Shown: positions 45,749 to 57,211 of the stretch, in pieces | Layout: each line of letters starts with the position of its first letter | Position numbering within the stretch: the stretch's first letter is position 1 | NCBI GenBank assembly: GCA_020848075.1 | Contig: JADLAV010000031.1 | Coordinates: 90,840 to 154,839, forward strand | Reading direction: 5' to 3' | DNA length: 64,000 bases | Source of the DNA: Burkholderiales bacterium | Lineage (GTDB): Bacteria > Pseudomonadota > Gammaproteobacteria > Burkholderiales > SG8-39 | The notes under the pieces: model-generated | The model's database searches: none | What the model saw: only the letters and a program-made list of their open reading frames with translations | Told to the model about the DNA's origin: nothing | Made by a program: the position numbers and the translations under genes

Positions 45749-47658
45749 GCCTCGCCGGGCGCGACGACGAACTCGACCATGAGGTCGTTCATCCGCCGCA
45801 CGAAGCCTGCCGGATCCTCGAGCGTGCCCCCTTCCGCGAGGAGTGCCTGCTCGAAGAGGAGAAGCGCCCAATCGTCGAAACGCCGCTCCTCCCACTTCAG
45901 CCGTCGCAGCATCAGGTGATCGGGATTCACCTCGAGGATCGGCTTCCATTGCGGCGCCGCCTGCCCGACCGCCTTCAGAATCCGCTGCAGGTTCCCGCCG
46001 ACGTCGAGCTCGTCGGCCACCAGGCACGCCGGCGAGGCGGTGAGCCGGCGGCTGAGGCGCACGTCCTTCACGCGCTCGCCGAGCGCCTGCTTCAACCGCG
46101 CGAGCACGTCCTTGTACTCGTCTGCCTGCTCCGCCTGCTCCGCCTTCGCCGCGTCGCCGGCAAGCTTGCCGAGATCGAGGTCGCCGCGCGCCACCGAGAC
46201 GAGCGGCTTGCCCTCGAATTCAGGCAGATGCGCGACCACCCACTCGTCGACGCGATCGTGCAGGAGCAGCACCTCCACGCCCTTCTCGCGGAACACCTCC
46301 AGGTGGGGGCTGTTGCGTGCCGCCAGGAACGACTCCGCGGTCACGTAGTAGATCGACGCCTGCCCCTCCTTCATGCGCCCGACGTAGTCGGCGAGCGACA
46401 CCGTCTGGGCATCGGTGTCGGCGTGCGTGGAGGCAAAGCGCAGGAGCTTCGCGATGCGCTCCCGGTTCGCAGCGTCTTCCCCCACCCCTTCCTTGAATAC
46501 CCGGCCGAACTCCGCCCAGAACTTCGCGTACTTCTCCGGCTCGCTCGTTGCGAGCTCGTCGAGCATCCCGAGCACCCGCCGTGCGCAGCCCGAGCGGATC
46601 GCCTCGACGTCCTTCGATTCCTGCAGGATCTCGCGCGAGATATTGAGCGGCAGGTCGTTCGAGTCCACCACGCCGCGCACGAAGCGCAGGTAGGCCGGCA
46701 GCAGCTCGCCGGCGTCCTCCATGATGAAGACGCGCCGGACGTAGAGCTTGATCCCCTTGCGCTGGTGCCGGTCCCACAGGTCGAACGGCGCGTGCGACGG
46801 GACGTAGAGGAGCTGCGTGTACTCCTGCCGGCCCTCGACCTTGTTGTGGGTCCAGGCGAGGGCGGGCTCGAAATCGTGGGCGACGTGCTTGTAGAACTCC
46901 TGGTACTGCTCCTCGCTGATTTCGGCGCGCGGGCGCGCCCACAGCGCGCTCGCCTGGTTGACCGTCTCCTCCTCCTCGCCCGTCCGGTAGGCCTTCTTCG
47001 CGTCGTCCCAGACCCGCTTCTTCATCAGGATCGGGATGCCGATGTGGTCGGAGTAGCGCCGGATGATCGCCTGGAGCCTCCCGTCGTCCAGCAGCTCGTC
47101 CTCGCCCTCGCGCAGGTGCAGGATGACGTCGGTGCCACGGCCCGGCTTTTCCGCGGCTTCGAGCGTGTACTCGCCCTCGCCGGCCGACTCCCAGCGCACC
47201 GCCGCCTCGGGCGGCAGTCCGGCGCGCCGGGTGACGACGGTCACGCGGTCGGCGACGATGAACGACGAGTAGAACCCGACGCCGAACTGGCCGATCAGGC
47301 GCGCGTCCTTCGCCTGGTCGCCCGTGAGCGAGGCGAGGAACTCCCGCGTCCCGGACTTGGCGATCGTGCCGATGTTCGCGATCACCTCGTCGCGGGACAT
47401 GCCGACCCCGTTGTCCGATACCGTGATCGTCCGGGCGTCGCCGTCCGCGCTGACGCGGATGCGCAGCTCACCGTCCTCCGCCATCAGGCCGGCGTTCGAG
47501 AGCGTCTCGAAGCGAAGCTTGTCGGCCGCGTCCGACGCGTTCGACACGAGCTCGCGGAGGAAGATCTCCTTGTTGCTGTACAACGCATGGACCATGAGGT
47601 GGAGGAGCTGCTTCACCTCGGTTTGGAATGCAAGAGTCTGTTTTTCTACGGCAGTCAT
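45745..47658 (-). CDS. htpG: Molecular chaperone HtpG (Hsp90)
   Basis: 637 aa. N-terminal [34 protein letters not shown]. Confidence 0.95.
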   Translation of the reverse strand: MTAVEKQTLAFQTEVKQLLHLMVHALYSNKEIFLRELVSNASDAADKLRFETLSNAGLMAEDGELRIRVSADGDARTITVSDNGVGMSRDEVIANIGTIAKSGTREFLASLTGDQAKDARLIGQFGVGFYSSFIVADRVTVVTRRAGLPPEAAVRWESAGEGEYTLEAAEKPGRGTDVILHLREGEDELLDDGRLQAIIRRYSDHIGIPILMKKRVWDDAKKAYRTGEEEETVNQASALWARPRAEISEEQYQEFYKHVAHDFEPALAWTHNKVEGRQEYTQLLYVPSHAPFDLWDRHQRKGIKLYVRRVFIMEDAGELLPAYLRFVRGVVDSNDLPLNISREILQESKDVEAIRSGCARRVLGMLDELATSEPEKYAKFWAEFGRVFKEGVGEDAANRERIAKLLRFASTHADTDAQTVSLADYVGRMKEGQASIYYVTAESFLAARNSPHLEVFREKGVEVLLLHDRVDEWVVAHLPEFEGKPLVSVARGDLDLGKLAGDAAKAEQAEQADEYKDVLARLKQALGERVKDVRLSRRLTASPACLVADELDVGGNLQRILKAVGQAAPQWKPILEVNPDHLMLRRLKWEERRFDDWALLLFEQALLAEGGTLEDPAGFVRRMNDLMVEFVVAPGEA

Positions 47659-47688
47659 GGGCGCCTTCCGGTCCGTCGAACCGGGAAG

Positions 47689-47716
47689 AAATGCGGGCGC
47701 CGCGCGAGGGTTTCAA
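47689..47716 (-). promoter_or_regulatory. Sigma-32 type heat-shock promoter of htpG (TTGAAA-N14-CCGCATTT)
   Basis: Read on the minus strand as gggTTGAAAccctcgcgcggcgcCCGCATTTc, compared with the consensus CTTGAAA-N13-15-CCCCATNT. The -10 ends about 30 nt upstream of the ATG. Confidence 0.55.
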
Positions 47717-47932
47717 CCCCGGGCCGGACGCACCGGGGGGGCCGATCCCCGTTCCACCGCGCATCCGCATGCTCCGCGGGGGTTGGGGCCCCGGCGTCGG
47801 TGATCACCCGCAGCATGCCGGCGACGACCGTCACGGAACTCCTCGTCCTGCACGCCGTCAGAGCGCTGGCGACCGGCCAACCTTCGGTAGAATGACCCTC
47901 GTCTTCGACCCTTCGGGAAGCAGGACTTCCGT

Positions 47933-50677
47933 ATGAGATACGTCCGTAGGAGCGCCCTCGCGCTCTTTCTTTTGCTGCCGTTCATCGCGGCCGGCGCCGC
48001 ACCGGCGCTGCCCGAAGGCATCACCCAGGGCCCGTCGCTCGCCGGCATCAGCGAATTCCGCCTGGCGAACGGCCTGCAGGTCGTGCTGATTCCAGACGCC
48101 TCGCAGGACACCATCACCGTGAACGTCACCTATCTGGTCGGATCGCGTCACGAAGGCTACGGGGAGCGCGGCATGGCCCACCTTCTGGAGCACATGCTGT
48201 TCAAGGGCACGCCGCGCCACGCGAACATCAAGGGCGAATTCCAGAGCCGCGGCGTGCGCTTCAACGGCACGACCTCGTTCGATCGCACCAACTACTTCGG
48301 TACCTTCGCCGCAAGCGAAGACAACCTCGCGGCGATGCTCGAACTCGAGGCCGACCGCATGGTCAACTCGCGTGTCTCGAAGGCGGATCTCGAGAGCGAG
48401 ATGACGGTCGTGCGCAACGAGTTCGAAGCCGGCGAGAACAGCCCGGCCGGGCTGTTGTTCAATCGCATGATCGCGGCCGCGTACCGCTGGCACAACTACG
48501 GCCATCCGGTCATCGGTACGCGCTCGGATCTCGAGCACGTGCCGATCGAGCGGCTGCAGGCCTTCTACCGGCGCTACTACCAGCCCGACAACGCCGCGCT
48601 GGTGATCGCCGGGCGCTTCGAGACCGACCAGGCGCTGCGGCTCGTCGCCGAGACGTTCGGACGCATCCCGCGGCCGACCCGGGCGCTCGGCGGAACGTAC
48701 ACGGTCGAGCCCCCGCAGGACGGCGAACGCGAAGTGGTGATGCGCCGCGTGGGCGAGGTGCCGCTGGTGAGCGCCATGTATCACGTGCCGTCAGGCATGC
48801 ACGACGACTTCCCCGCGATCGATCTCGTGACGCTCGTCCTCACGCAACAGCCTTCGGGCCGGCTCCACCGGGCCCTCGTCGAATCCGGCAAGGCCACCGC
48901 GATCTTCGGCGACGACCGCCAGCTGCGGGAGCCCGGATCGGTGCACTTTGGCGCAGCGCTCGGCAAGGGGCAGTCGCTGGATCCGGCGCGCGATACGCTG
49001 CTCGCAGTCGTGGAGGGTTTCGCCGATCGCCCCGTGACCGACGAGGAGGTGAGCCGCGCACGCCTCAAGGTGCAGAACGATCTCGAGGATCTGCTCTCCA
49101 ATTCACGCGCGCTCGCCATCACCCTTTCCGACTTCATCGCGATGGGCGACTGGCGCCTGCTCTTCTGGTATCGCGACCGGATCGGGACGGTCACGCGCGA
49201 AGACGTGCAGCGCGTCGCGACGGCATACCTGCGTCCCGCCAACCGCACGCTCGGCATTTTCGTTCCGCGCGACAAGGCCGAGCGCGTCGCGATCCCGGCG
49301 GCCCCGGACATCGCGGCCGTGCTGAAAGACGTTCGCGGCGACGACGCGATCGCGGCGGGCGAAGCCTTCGACCCGACCCCGGCGCATCTCGAGGCCCGCG
49401 TGATCCGGCGCGAGCTCGCCGGAGGGATGAAGCTCGCGCTGCTGCCGAAACGCACCCGCGGCGCCAAGGTGAACGCCACGCTCGTCCTGCACTGGGGCGA
49501 CGAGGCGAGCACCGTCGGCCGCAGCGCCGCCTGCGCGGTCGCGAGCGCAATGCTCTCCCGCGGCACCCGCAGCCACACGCGCGCGGAACTGCGCGACGCG
49601 CTCGACCGGTTGCGCGCCAACGTCGTGGTCGGCCTCGGCGGCGCCACCATCGACACGGTGCGCGACAACCTGGGCGATGCGCTCAAGCTGACCGTCGAGA
49701 TGCTGCGCGAGCCCGCGTTTCCGGAGAGCGAGTTCGAGCAGGTGAAGCAGTCGCTGCTCACGTCGATCGACAGCCAGCGGACCGATCCCCAGGCGCTCTC
49801 CAGCCTGACGCTGAACCGCCACCTCGCGCCCTACCCGCCGGGACACTGGAACTACACGCCGACGCTCGCCGAGCGCGCCGAGCAGATCCGCGCGGTCAGC
49901 CTCGAGGATGCGCGGCGCTGTCACGATGATTTCCTGGGAGCTTCCCATAGCGAGCTCGCGGTCGTCGGTGACTTCGATGCCGACGCGGTCGCGTCGCTCG
50001 CGGCCCAGCTCTTCGACACGTGGCGGTCACCCGCGCCGTACGCGCGCATCGAGGCCCGGTACTTCGATGTTTCCCCGATGGATCGCGTCATCGAGACCCC
50101 GGACAAGGCGAACGCGGTGTACCGCGCCGGCCTGAACCTCCGGCTCCGCGACGACGATCCGGAGTTCGCCGCGCTGGTGCTGGGGAATTATCTGCTCGGC
50201 GGGTCGACGGACTCCCGTCTCTGGCGCCGCGTCCGCGAACGCGACGGCCTCTCGTACAGCGTGTGGTCGTCGCTCACCGCGGGGTCGCGGGACGAGGTCG
50301 GCGAGTTCGGCATCGCGGCGATCTACGCCCCGCAGAATCGCGCGAAGCTCGAGCAGGCGGTCCACGACGAGCTCCGCCGTGCCCTCGAGCAGGGGTTCAC
50401 CGAGGAAGAGGTCGCAAACGCGAAGAAGGGATTGCTGAAGCAACGCCAGCTCGCCCGCAATTCCGACGCGTCGCTCGCCGCGCGCTTTGCCAACTATCTC
50501 GACCTCGGGCGCACCTTCCAGTGGGACACCGAATTCGAGGCCCGCATCGCGGCCCTGACGCCGGACGAGATCCGCGAAGCGCTCCGCCGGCGCCTGGACA
50601 TGCAAGCCATGTCGGAGGTCAAGGCGGGCGATTTCACGCACCTCGCGGCCACCCCGAGCGGCGAGCGGTCGAACTGA
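47933..50677 (+). CDS. Two-module M16 (insulinase/pitrilysin family) zinc peptidase, secreted
   Basis: 914 aa. Signal peptide; inverted zinc motif HLLEHMLF. Confidence 0.88.
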   Translation: MRYVRRSALALFLLLPFIAAGAAPALPEGITQGPSLAGISEFRLANGLQVVLIPDASQDTITVNVTYLVGSRHEGYGERGMAHLLEHMLFKGTPRHANIKGEFQSRGVRFNGTTSFDRTNYFGTFAASEDNLAAMLELEADRMVNSRVSKADLESEMTVVRNEFEAGENSPAGLLFNRMIAAAYRWHNYGHPVIGTRSDLEHVPIERLQAFYRRYYQPDNAALVIAGRFETDQALRLVAETFGRIPRPTRALGGTYTVEPPQDGEREVVMRRVGEVPLVSAMYHVPSGMHDDFPAIDLVTLVLTQQPSGRLHRALVESGKATAIFGDDRQLREPGSVHFGAALGKGQSLDPARDTLLAVVEGFADRPVTDEEVSRARLKVQNDLEDLLSNSRALAITLSDFIAMGDWRLLFWYRDRIGTVTREDVQRVATAYLRPANRTLGIFVPRDKAERVAIPAAPDIAAVLKDVRGDDAIAAGEAFDPTPAHLEARVIRRELAGGMKLALLPKRTRGAKVNATLVLHWGDEASTVGRSAACAVASAMLSRGTRSHTRAELRDALDRLRANVVVGLGGATIDTVRDNLGDALKLTVEMLREPAFPESEFEQVKQSLLTSIDSQRTDPQALSSLTLNRHLAPYPPGHWNYTPTLAERAEQIRAVSLEDARRCHDDFLGASHSELAVVGDFDADAVASLAAQLFDTWRSPAPYARIEARYFDVSPMDRVIETPDKANAVYRAGLNLRLRDDDPEFAALVLGNYLLGGSTDSRLWRRVRERDGLSYSVWSSLTAGSRDEVGEFGIAAIYAPQNRAKLEQAVHDELRRALEQGFTEEEVANAKKGLLKQRQLARNSDASLAARFANYLDLGRTFQWDTEFEARIAALTPDEIREALRRRLDMQAMSEVKAGDFTHLAATPSGERSN

Positions 50678-50768
50678 CCGGTCTCGCGGTCTCCCCGTTC
50701 GCCGGCCTGTCGGCTGCGCGCCGGCAGGCGGCGGATGGACCCGGGCACGTCTTGCGGCGTGCCGGCGC

Positions 50769-51338
50769 TCAGTCGACGGGGAGATAGCTGATCTCGAGGA
50801 CGTCGAGATCCTCGGCGCCGGCCGGCGTGTGCAGCGTCACCACGTCGCCCGCGCGCGCCCGCAGCAGCGCCCTCGCGATCGGCGAGACCCACGAGACTCG
50901 CCCGCGCGCCGGATCGGCCTCGTCGACGCCGACGATCGTCACGCACCGCGCCTCGCCTGCGCCCGAGCGCACGCGCACGGTCGCGCCGAAGAACACGCGA
51001 TCGCGCTCCTCGCGCTGCAGCGGATCCACCACCTCGGCGAGCTCCAGCCGCTTGGACAGGAACCGGATGCGCCGGTCGATCTCGCGAAGGCGGCGCTTGC
51101 CGTAGATGTAGTCGGCGTTCTCCGAGCGATCGCCGTTCGACGCCGCCCAGGCGATGGTCTTCACGAGCTCCGGCCGCTCGACTTCCCAGAGCCGCTTGAA
51201 CTCCTCGCGCAAGCGCGCGTAGCCTGCCGGGGTGATGTAGTTCTTCGCGCCGCCGGACGCCCCGACCTCGAGCGCCTCGAGGTCGCGCTCGTCATCTTCC
51301 TCACCGTCTTCGGGGTCCCTGACGAATGCCTTGCTCAT
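50769..51338 (-). CDS. greB: Transcription elongation factor GreB (with an acidic N-terminal extension of about 30 aa)
   Basis: 189 aa. NYITPAGYARLREEF..., DRSENADYIYGKRRLREIDRRIRFL and a C-terminal Gre domain. Confidence 0.85.
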   Translation of the reverse strand: MSKAFVRDPEDGEEDDERDLEALEVGASGGAKNYITPAGYARLREEFKRLWEVERPELVKTIAWAASNGDRSENADYIYGKRRLREIDRRIRFLSKRLELAEVVDPLQREERDRVFFGATVRVRSGAGEARCVTIVGVDEADPARGRVSWVSPIARALLRARAGDVVTLHTPAGAEDLDVLEISYLPVD

Positions 51339-51505
51339 CGCGTTCGCATGTTCCGTGCCGTATCCGGGCCGGATCTTGCCCGTCCGCCGCTCCGCAGAAT
51401 GGTAGCAGCGGCGGCGCGGCGGCGCGCGTCAGCGCGCCCCGCGCACACGCGCCGGGCGTCGCGCGGCTGCCCTGCTAGAATGCATCGACTCCTCGAGGAG
51501 GCGCG

Positions 51506-52801
51506 ATGGCAGCCCCGAAGGACCTCCACCTCGACACGCTCAGCCTGCACGCGGGCCAGCAGCCGGACCCGACCACCGGAGCGCGCGCGGTCCCGATCTT
51601 CCAGACCACTTCGTTCGTGTTCCGCGACACGGACCACGCTGCCGCGCTCTTCAACATGGAGCGCGCGGGCCACGTCTACTCGCGCATCTCCAATCCGACG
51701 AACGCCGTGCTGGAGGAGCGTATCGCCGCGCTCGAGGGCGGCGTCGGGTCGATCGCGGTCGCGAGCGGGCAGGCGGCCCTGCATCTTGCGATCGCGACGC
51801 TGATGGGCGCCGGCGCGCACGTGGTCGCCAGCCGCGCGCTGTACGGCGGCTCGCACAACCTCCTCGCATACACCCTGCCCCGCTTCGGCATCGAGACCAC
51901 CTTCGTCGATCCGCGCGAGCTCGCCGCGTGGCGCAGCGCGATCCGGCCGAACACGCGGTGCCTCTTCGCCGAGACCCTCGGCAATCCCGGGCTCGACGTG
52001 CTCGACGTGCCGGCGGTGGCCGACATCGCGCACGTGCACAGGCTGCCGCTGCTCGTCGATTCCACGTTCACGACGCCGTACCTGATGCGGCCGTTCGATC
52101 TCGGCGCCGACCTCGTCTTCCATTCCGCGACGAAGTTCCTCTGCGGGCACGGCACGGCGGTGGCCGGCGTGCTCGTCGACGGCGGCACGTTCGACTGGGA
52201 GGCGTCGGGACGGTTTCCCGAGCTGACCGAGCCATACGCCGGTTTTCACGGCATGGACTTCCAGGAGGAGTCCACCGTGGCCGCGTTTCTCCTGCGCGCG
52301 CGGCGCGAGGGGCTGCGCGACTTCGGCGCCTGCATGAGCCCGACGACCGCCTGGATCGTCCTGCAAGGCGTCGAGACGCTGCCGCTGCGCATGCAGCGGC
52401 ACGTCGACAACACGCGCAAGGTGGTCGAGTTCCTGGCGCGGCATCCGGCGGTCGCCGCCGTGCGCTATCCCGAGCTGCCCGAGCATCCGGACCACGCCCT
52501 CGCGAAGCGGCTGCTCCCGCGCGGCTGCGGCGCCGTCTTCAGCTTCGAGATCAAGGGCGGACGTGCCGCCGGCCGGCGGTTCATCGAGACGCTGCGCGTC
52601 TTCTCCCACCTGGCGAACGTGGGGGACGCAAGATCGCTGGTCATCCATCCGGCGACGACGACGCACTTCCGGATGGACGACGCGGCGCTGGCGGCGGCCG
52701 GCATCGGGCCGGGCACGGTCCGCCTCTCGATCGGCCTGGAGGCGCCCGACGATCTCATCGACGATCTCGCGGGCGCGCTGCGGGCGTCGCAGAAGGCCTG
52801 A
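51506..52801 (+). CDS. metY: O-acetylhomoserine aminocarboxypropyltransferase / sulfhydrylase
   Basis: 431 aa. Cys/Met-metabolism PLP family; PLP-lysine context HSATKFLCGHG. Confidence 0.88.
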   Translation: MAAPKDLHLDTLSLHAGQQPDPTTGARAVPIFQTTSFVFRDTDHAAALFNMERAGHVYSRISNPTNAVLEERIAALEGGVGSIAVASGQAALHLAIATLMGAGAHVVASRALYGGSHNLLAYTLPRFGIETTFVDPRELAAWRSAIRPNTRCLFAETLGNPGLDVLDVPAVADIAHVHRLPLLVDSTFTTPYLMRPFDLGADLVFHSATKFLCGHGTAVAGVLVDGGTFDWEASGRFPELTEPYAGFHGMDFQEESTVAAFLLRARREGLRDFGACMSPTTAWIVLQGVETLPLRMQRHVDNTRKVVEFLARHPAVAAVRYPELPEHPDHALAKRLLPRGCGAVFSFEIKGGRAAGRRFIETLRVFSHLANVGDARSLVIHPATTTHFRMDDAALAAAGIGPGTVRLSIGLEAPDDLIDDLAGALRASQKA

Positions 52802-52808
52802 GGCCGCG

Positions 52809-53618
52809 ATGGAGCTCACCGTCGACGGCAAGCGCGTCTACGCCTACACCGGCGGGAGGCCGTTCGATGCGAGCCAGCCGTGCGTCGTGTTCGTTCACGG
52901 CGCCGAGCACGATCATTGCGTCTGGGTGCTGCAGAGCCGCTATCTCGCGCATCAGGGTTTCTGCGTGCTGGCGATCGACCTCCCCGGCCACGGACGCTCG
53001 GACGGGCCGCCGCTCGCGTCGATCGAGGCGATCGCGGACTGGATCCCGCGCGTACTGGATGCCGCAGGCGCGCGCAAGGCGCAGCTCGTCGGCCACAGCA
53101 TGGGCTCGCTCGCGGCGCTCGAGTGCGCGGCGCGCCATCCCGATCGCGTGGCCGGCATCGCACTGCTCGCGACCGCGTTTCCGATGCGCGTTGCGCCGGA
53201 GCTGCTCGAAGCGACACGCACCGACGAGCGCGCGGCCCAGCACATGATCAACGTCTGGTCGCACAGCGCCTACGCCCATTATCCCGGCAATCCCGGGCCC
53301 GGCTTCTGGGTGATCGGCGAGAACCTCCGCCTGATGCAGCGGCAGCATCCGGGCGTGCTCCACGTCGACTTCGCCGCTTGCAACGGCTACGAGGGCGGGC
53401 TCACCGCGGCGGCGCAAGTGCGGTGCCCGACACTTGTCATCCTCGCCCGCCGCGACGCGATGACCCCGCGCCGCGCGGCGCAGGATCTCGTCCACGCGAT
53501 CCGCGGCGCGCGCGTCGTCGAGCTCGACGGCAGCGGTCACGCGATGATGGCGGAGCAGCCGGACGAGGTGCTGGACGCGCTGCGGGCGTTTCTCGCGCAA
53601 GCGCGGGAGGCGGCGTAG
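52809..53618 (+). CDS. Alpha/beta-fold hydrolase
   Basis: Internal Met of ORF 52563..53618 (269 aa). Nucleophile elbow GHSMGS; C-terminal GSGHAMM. Confidence 0.82.
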   Translation: MELTVDGKRVYAYTGGRPFDASQPCVVFVHGAEHDHCVWVLQSRYLAHQGFCVLAIDLPGHGRSDGPPLASIEAIADWIPRVLDAAGARKAQLVGHSMGSLAALECAARHPDRVAGIALLATAFPMRVAPELLEATRTDERAAQHMINVWSHSAYAHYPGNPGPGFWVIGENLRLMQRQHPGVLHVDFAACNGYEGGLTAAAQVRCPTLVILARRDAMTPRRAAQDLVHAIRGARVVELDGSGHAMMAEQPDEVLDALRAFLAQAREAA

Positions 53619-53676
53619 CCGCGCGGAACGCCGCCCCTGTCACCCGGACGGAAGGGCGCCCGTCGAAAGCGATCGC

Positions 53677-54057
53677 ATGGCATTCAACTGGCTCGTGGCG
53701 TTCAAGGTCATCCCGTGGGGCGAGGTCATCGCCGCCGCGCCCAAGGTCGCAAAGACCGCGCAGGAGCTCTGGCGCGGCCTGAAGAAGCCGAAGGCGGGCG
53801 GCGCCGCGGAGACCCAAACCGCGGATGCCGCATCGTTGGCGTCGGCGTTGCCGGTGGCAGAGCAGCTGCGCAGACTGCGCGCGGAGCTCGCCGAGACCCA
53901 GGCGCAGCTCGTGTCCTCCTCGGAGGTCCTGCGGACGCTCGCCGAGCAGGACGAGAAGCTCATCGCCGCGATCGAGGCGCTGCGCGTGCGCACGCGCGTG
54001 CTCCTCTTCGCGTGCGCCGCGCTGATCGTGGCCTGCGGCTGGCTCGCGTTCCGATAG
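53677..54057 (+). CDS. Hypothetical coiled-coil protein with a C-terminal TM anchor
   Basis: 126 aa. Heptad-like LRRLRAELAETQAQL and the terminal helix VLLFACAALIVACGWLAF. No family recognised. Confidence 0.5.
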   Translation: MAFNWLVAFKVIPWGEVIAAAPKVAKTAQELWRGLKKPKAGGAAETQTADAASLASALPVAEQLRRLRAELAETQAQLVSSSEVLRTLAEQDEKLIAAIEALRVRTRVLLFACAALIVACGWLAFR

Positions 54058-54092
54058 TTCAGACTCGCGGGCGCCGGTTGCGTGAAGCGCGG

Positions 54093-54956
54093 TCAGCCGT
54101 CGGCGAGCTGCAGCAGGACCGGCTGGTGATCGGACGCCTGCGTCTTGTCGATGACGGTCACCGCCTCGACGCGCGCGCCGAGATCCTCGGTCACGAAGAC
54201 GAAGTCGCACGTGAAGGGATCGCCGGGCCACTGCGCCTTGTCGTACAGCCCGAGCGTGGGTGCGTGCGCGACGCCGGGGTGCGCGACGGCCCACGCGTCA
54301 CGGAACGCCGGCGCGCCGCCGGCGAGCGGCGCCTGCATGCGCGCGTGGAGCGGATCGTCGGGCCGGAAATTAAAGTCGCCGACCAGCACGGCGGAGCGCG
54401 GCCTGGGCGTCCATGCCATCGGCCCGCGCCGGGCGCTGTCGTCCGAATCCTCGGCCCGGCCTTCCCGCGCGGATGCCTCGGCATGCAGCTCGCGCAGCCG
54501 CTCGACCTGGGCGACACGGTGGAGGCCCGAGTAGTACTCGAGATGCGTCGTCACGATGCGCAGCGGCCCCTTCGGCGCCTGCACGACGATCTCGACGGCC
54601 ACGCGCTGCATGCCGGTGGCCGCGGGATCGAACGGCCACGGCAGGAAGTGGCGGTACGCACGCAGCACCGGATAGCGCGAGAGGATGACGTTGCCGAAGT
54701 ACCGCCGCCGCCCGTCGCTGCCGCGTACGTCCACGCCTGCCCCATAGACCGGGCTGTACGCCGGCAGGAAACCGGCGATCGCCGTGACCTGGTCCTCGCC
54801 CGCCGAGCCGGGGAGATCGGGGAAGTTCACCGCGACCTCCTGGAGGCACAGCAGGTCGAATTCCGCGATCTCGCGGGAGACCCGCACGATCCTCGCCGGA
54901 TCGACGCGGCCGTCGCATCCGCGGCACCACTGGACGTTCCACGTGATGAGCTTCAT
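54093..54956 (-). CDS. Endonuclease/exonuclease/phosphatase (EEP) family protein
   Basis: Met 40 of ORF 54093..55073 (287 aa). Motifs TWNVQW, CLQEV, GDFNF, SDHQPV. Confidence 0.82.
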   Translation of the reverse strand: MKLITWNVQWCRGCDGRVDPARIVRVSREIAEFDLLCLQEVAVNFPDLPGSAGEDQVTAIAGFLPAYSPVYGAGVDVRGSDGRRRYFGNVILSRYPVLRAYRHFLPWPFDPAATGMQRVAVEIVVQAPKGPLRIVTTHLEYYSGLHRVAQVERLRELHAEASAREGRAEDSDDSARRGPMAWTPRPRSAVLVGDFNFRPDDPLHARMQAPLAGGAPAFRDAWAVAHPGVAHAPTLGLYDKAQWPGDPFTCDFVFVTEDLGARVEAVTVIDKTQASDHQPVLLQLADG

Positions 54957-55074
54957 CGGTTCCCCGGTCCCGGCGCGATGGTAGCAGGCCTCGGCGGATC
55001 CCGGCATGCACCAACGGCCGGACACGGATCCCCGCCGCGCGAACGGGAATCCGAACCCGAGCGCCGCCGGCAAT

Positions 55075-55662
55075 CTAGGCGGATCCCCCGGAACCGGGCG
55101 ATGCGGAAGGGCGAAGCAGCCGTTCGCTCCAGAAGAGGCCGATCATCGTCTTGGAGTCGGTGATCCGGCCGTCGCCGACCCAGTTGAGCGCCTCCGTGAG
55201 CGGCAGCGTGAAGGTCTCGAGGAACTCGCCGTCGTCGAGCGCCGCCGCCTGCGCCTCGACGAGGCCGCGGGCGAGATAGAGCTCGATGCGCTCGTTCGAA
55301 TAGGCAACCAGCGGGTGGATCGTCCCGAGATGCCGCCACTCGCGCGCGGAGTAGCCGGTCTCCTCGAGCAGCTCGCGCTGCGCGGTCCGGAGCGGGTCTT
55401 CGCCCGGGTCGATCTTGCCGGCCGGGATCTCGATCATCACCCGCCCGATGGGATAGCGGAACTGCCGCTCGAGCAGGATCTCGCCGCCGTCCACGACCGG
55501 GACGATCGCGACCGCGCCGGGGTGATCGATGTACTCGCGCGTGGCGACCTTCCCGTTTGGCAGGCGCACCGTATCGCGATGCACGTGGAGGAGCACCCCC
55601 TCGTACACCTTCTCCCCGGTGACCGGGTGCTCGGTGAGATCGAGATCGCCGTGTTTCTTCAT
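55075..55662 (-). CDS. nudF: NUDIX hydrolase, ADP-ribose pyrophosphatase-like
   Basis: 195 aa. Nudix box GKIDPGEDPLRTAQRELLEETG. Lies directly downstream of nuoN. Confidence 0.78.
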   Translation of the reverse strand: MKKHGDLDLTEHPVTGEKVYEGVLLHVHRDTVRLPNGKVATREYIDHPGAVAIVPVVDGGEILLERQFRYPIGRVMIEIPAGKIDPGEDPLRTAQRELLEETGYSAREWRHLGTIHPLVAYSNERIELYLARGLVEAQAAALDDGEFLETFTLPLTEALNWVGDGRITDSKTMIGLFWSERLLRPSASPGSGGSA

Positions 55663-55717
55663 CGTCCGGATTCGCCCGGGTTGCCCGCAGGGCGCCTGGA
55701 CCTTGCGTCGGGCGTGC

Positions 55718-57208
55718 TCAACGCAGTCCGTAGGACTGCCGGATCGCGGCGAGGCACAGGCCCATCAGCGGCTGCGGCACGATGCCGAGCAGCAGGATCG
55801 CGAGCCCGTTCGCCGACAGCAGCACGCGCATGTCCGCGCGCGCCTCGATCGGCGCGGTGTCCTCCGCCTCGTCGAAGTACATCAGCTTGACGACGCGCAG
55901 ATAGTAGAACGCGCCGATCAGCGAGAAGAGCACCGCGACCACGGCCAGCCACACACGCCCGGCGGCGATGACCGATTGCAGCACGGCGAGCTTGGCATAG
56001 AAGCCGACCGTCGGCGGAATGCCCGCGAGCGAGAACATCACGATCAGCATCAGGAATGCGTACCACGGGGCACGCCGGTTGAGCCCCTTGAAGTCGGCGA
56101 GCGCGTCGGCCTCGAATCCCGCGCGCGATAGCAGCAGGACAATGCCGAAAGCGCCGAGCGCCATCAGGGCGTACGTCACCACGTAGAACATCGCCGCGCC
56201 GTAGGCCGCGTCCGCGGAGAGCAGGTTGCCGCCGATCACCCCGGAGAGGAGGCCGAGCATCACGAATCCCATGTGCGCGATCGTCGAGTAGGCGAGCATC
56301 CGCTTGATGTTCGACTGCGCGACCGCCGCCAGGTTGCCGAGCCCGAGCGACAGGACCGCGAGCACGATCAGCATCTGCTGCCAGTCCACCGCGAGGGGCA
56401 GGAGGCCGTCCACCAGCAGGCGCATCGCCATCGCGAACGCCGTCACCTTGGGTGCCGAGGCGACCAGGATCGTGATCGCGTTCGGCGCGCCGTGATAGAC
56501 GTCGGGAATCCACATGTGGAACGGCACGGCGCCGAGCTTGAACGCCACGCCCGAAACGATGAACACCAGGCCGAGCACGAGCACCAGCTCGGGCACGGGC
56601 CCGGTGCCGATGCGCGCCGCGATCCGCGGGAGCTCGAGGGTTCCGGTCGCGCCATACACCATCGACATGCCGTAGAGGAGAAGCCCGGACGCCATCGCTC
56701 CGAGCACGAAGTACTTCATGGCCGCCTCGGTCGAGGCCGCCGAGTCGCGGTTGAGCGCGATGAGCGAATACATGGAGAGCGAGAGCAGCTCGAGCCCGAG
56801 ATAGACGAGCAGAAAATGGTTCGCGGAAATCAGCACCATCATGCCGAGTAGGGCGAAGAGCATCAGGGCGAGGTACTCGCCCCGGAAGAGCCCCCGCGCC
56901 TCGAGGTAGCGGCGCGAATACACCAGGCAGGCCGCGACCGCGACGTAGCACGCGAGCTTCAGCGCGCTGCCCATCGCGTCCCCGACGAACATGTCGCCGA
57001 ACGTGAATGCCGTCGCGCCGCCCACCCCTGCGGAGACCGCCAGCGTAATCAGCGCGCACCCGGCGAGGCTCGCGAGCGTGAGCGCGTAGCTCACCCAGCG
57101 CATGCGCTCCGGGACGAAGAGGTCGACCAGGAGGACGAGGAGCGCCATCGCGAGCAGGAAGATCTCGGCGTAGGCCGGAAACATGAAGGGGAGCGTCGTC
57201 TCGGTCAT
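55718..57208 (-). CDS. nuoN: NADH-quinone oxidoreductase subunit N
   Basis: 496 aa polytopic antiporter-like subunit, last gene of the nuo series. Confidence 0.92.
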   Translation of the reverse strand: MTETTLPFMFPAYAEIFLLAMALLVLLVDLFVPERMRWVSYALTLASLAGCALITLAVSAGVGGATAFTFGDMFVGDAMGSALKLACYVAVAACLVYSRRYLEARGLFRGEYLALMLFALLGMMVLISANHFLLVYLGLELLSLSMYSLIALNRDSAASTEAAMKYFVLGAMASGLLLYGMSMVYGATGTLELPRIAARIGTGPVPELVLVLGLVFIVSGVAFKLGAVPFHMWIPDVYHGAPNAITILVASAPKVTAFAMAMRLLVDGLLPLAVDWQQMLIVLAVLSLGLGNLAAVAQSNIKRMLAYSTIAHMGFVMLGLLSGVIGGNLLSADAAYGAAMFYVVTYALMALGAFGIVLLLSRAGFEADALADFKGLNRRAPWYAFLMLIVMFSLAGIPPTVGFYAKLAVLQSVIAAGRVWLAVVAVLFSLIGAFYYLRVVKLMYFDEAEDTAPIEARADMRVLLSANGLAILLLGIVPQPLMGLCLAAIRQSYGLR

Positions 57209-57211
57209 GGC

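Noticed and set aside
51339-51505. SAM-type riboswitch in the 167-nt region upstream of metY
   Set aside because: I could not recognise the conserved cores of the SAM-I, SAM-II or SAM/SAH classes by eye. Only a TAGAAT -10-like hexamer near 51475 was seen. A covariance-model scan (Rfam/Infernal) would be needed to exclude a riboswitch.
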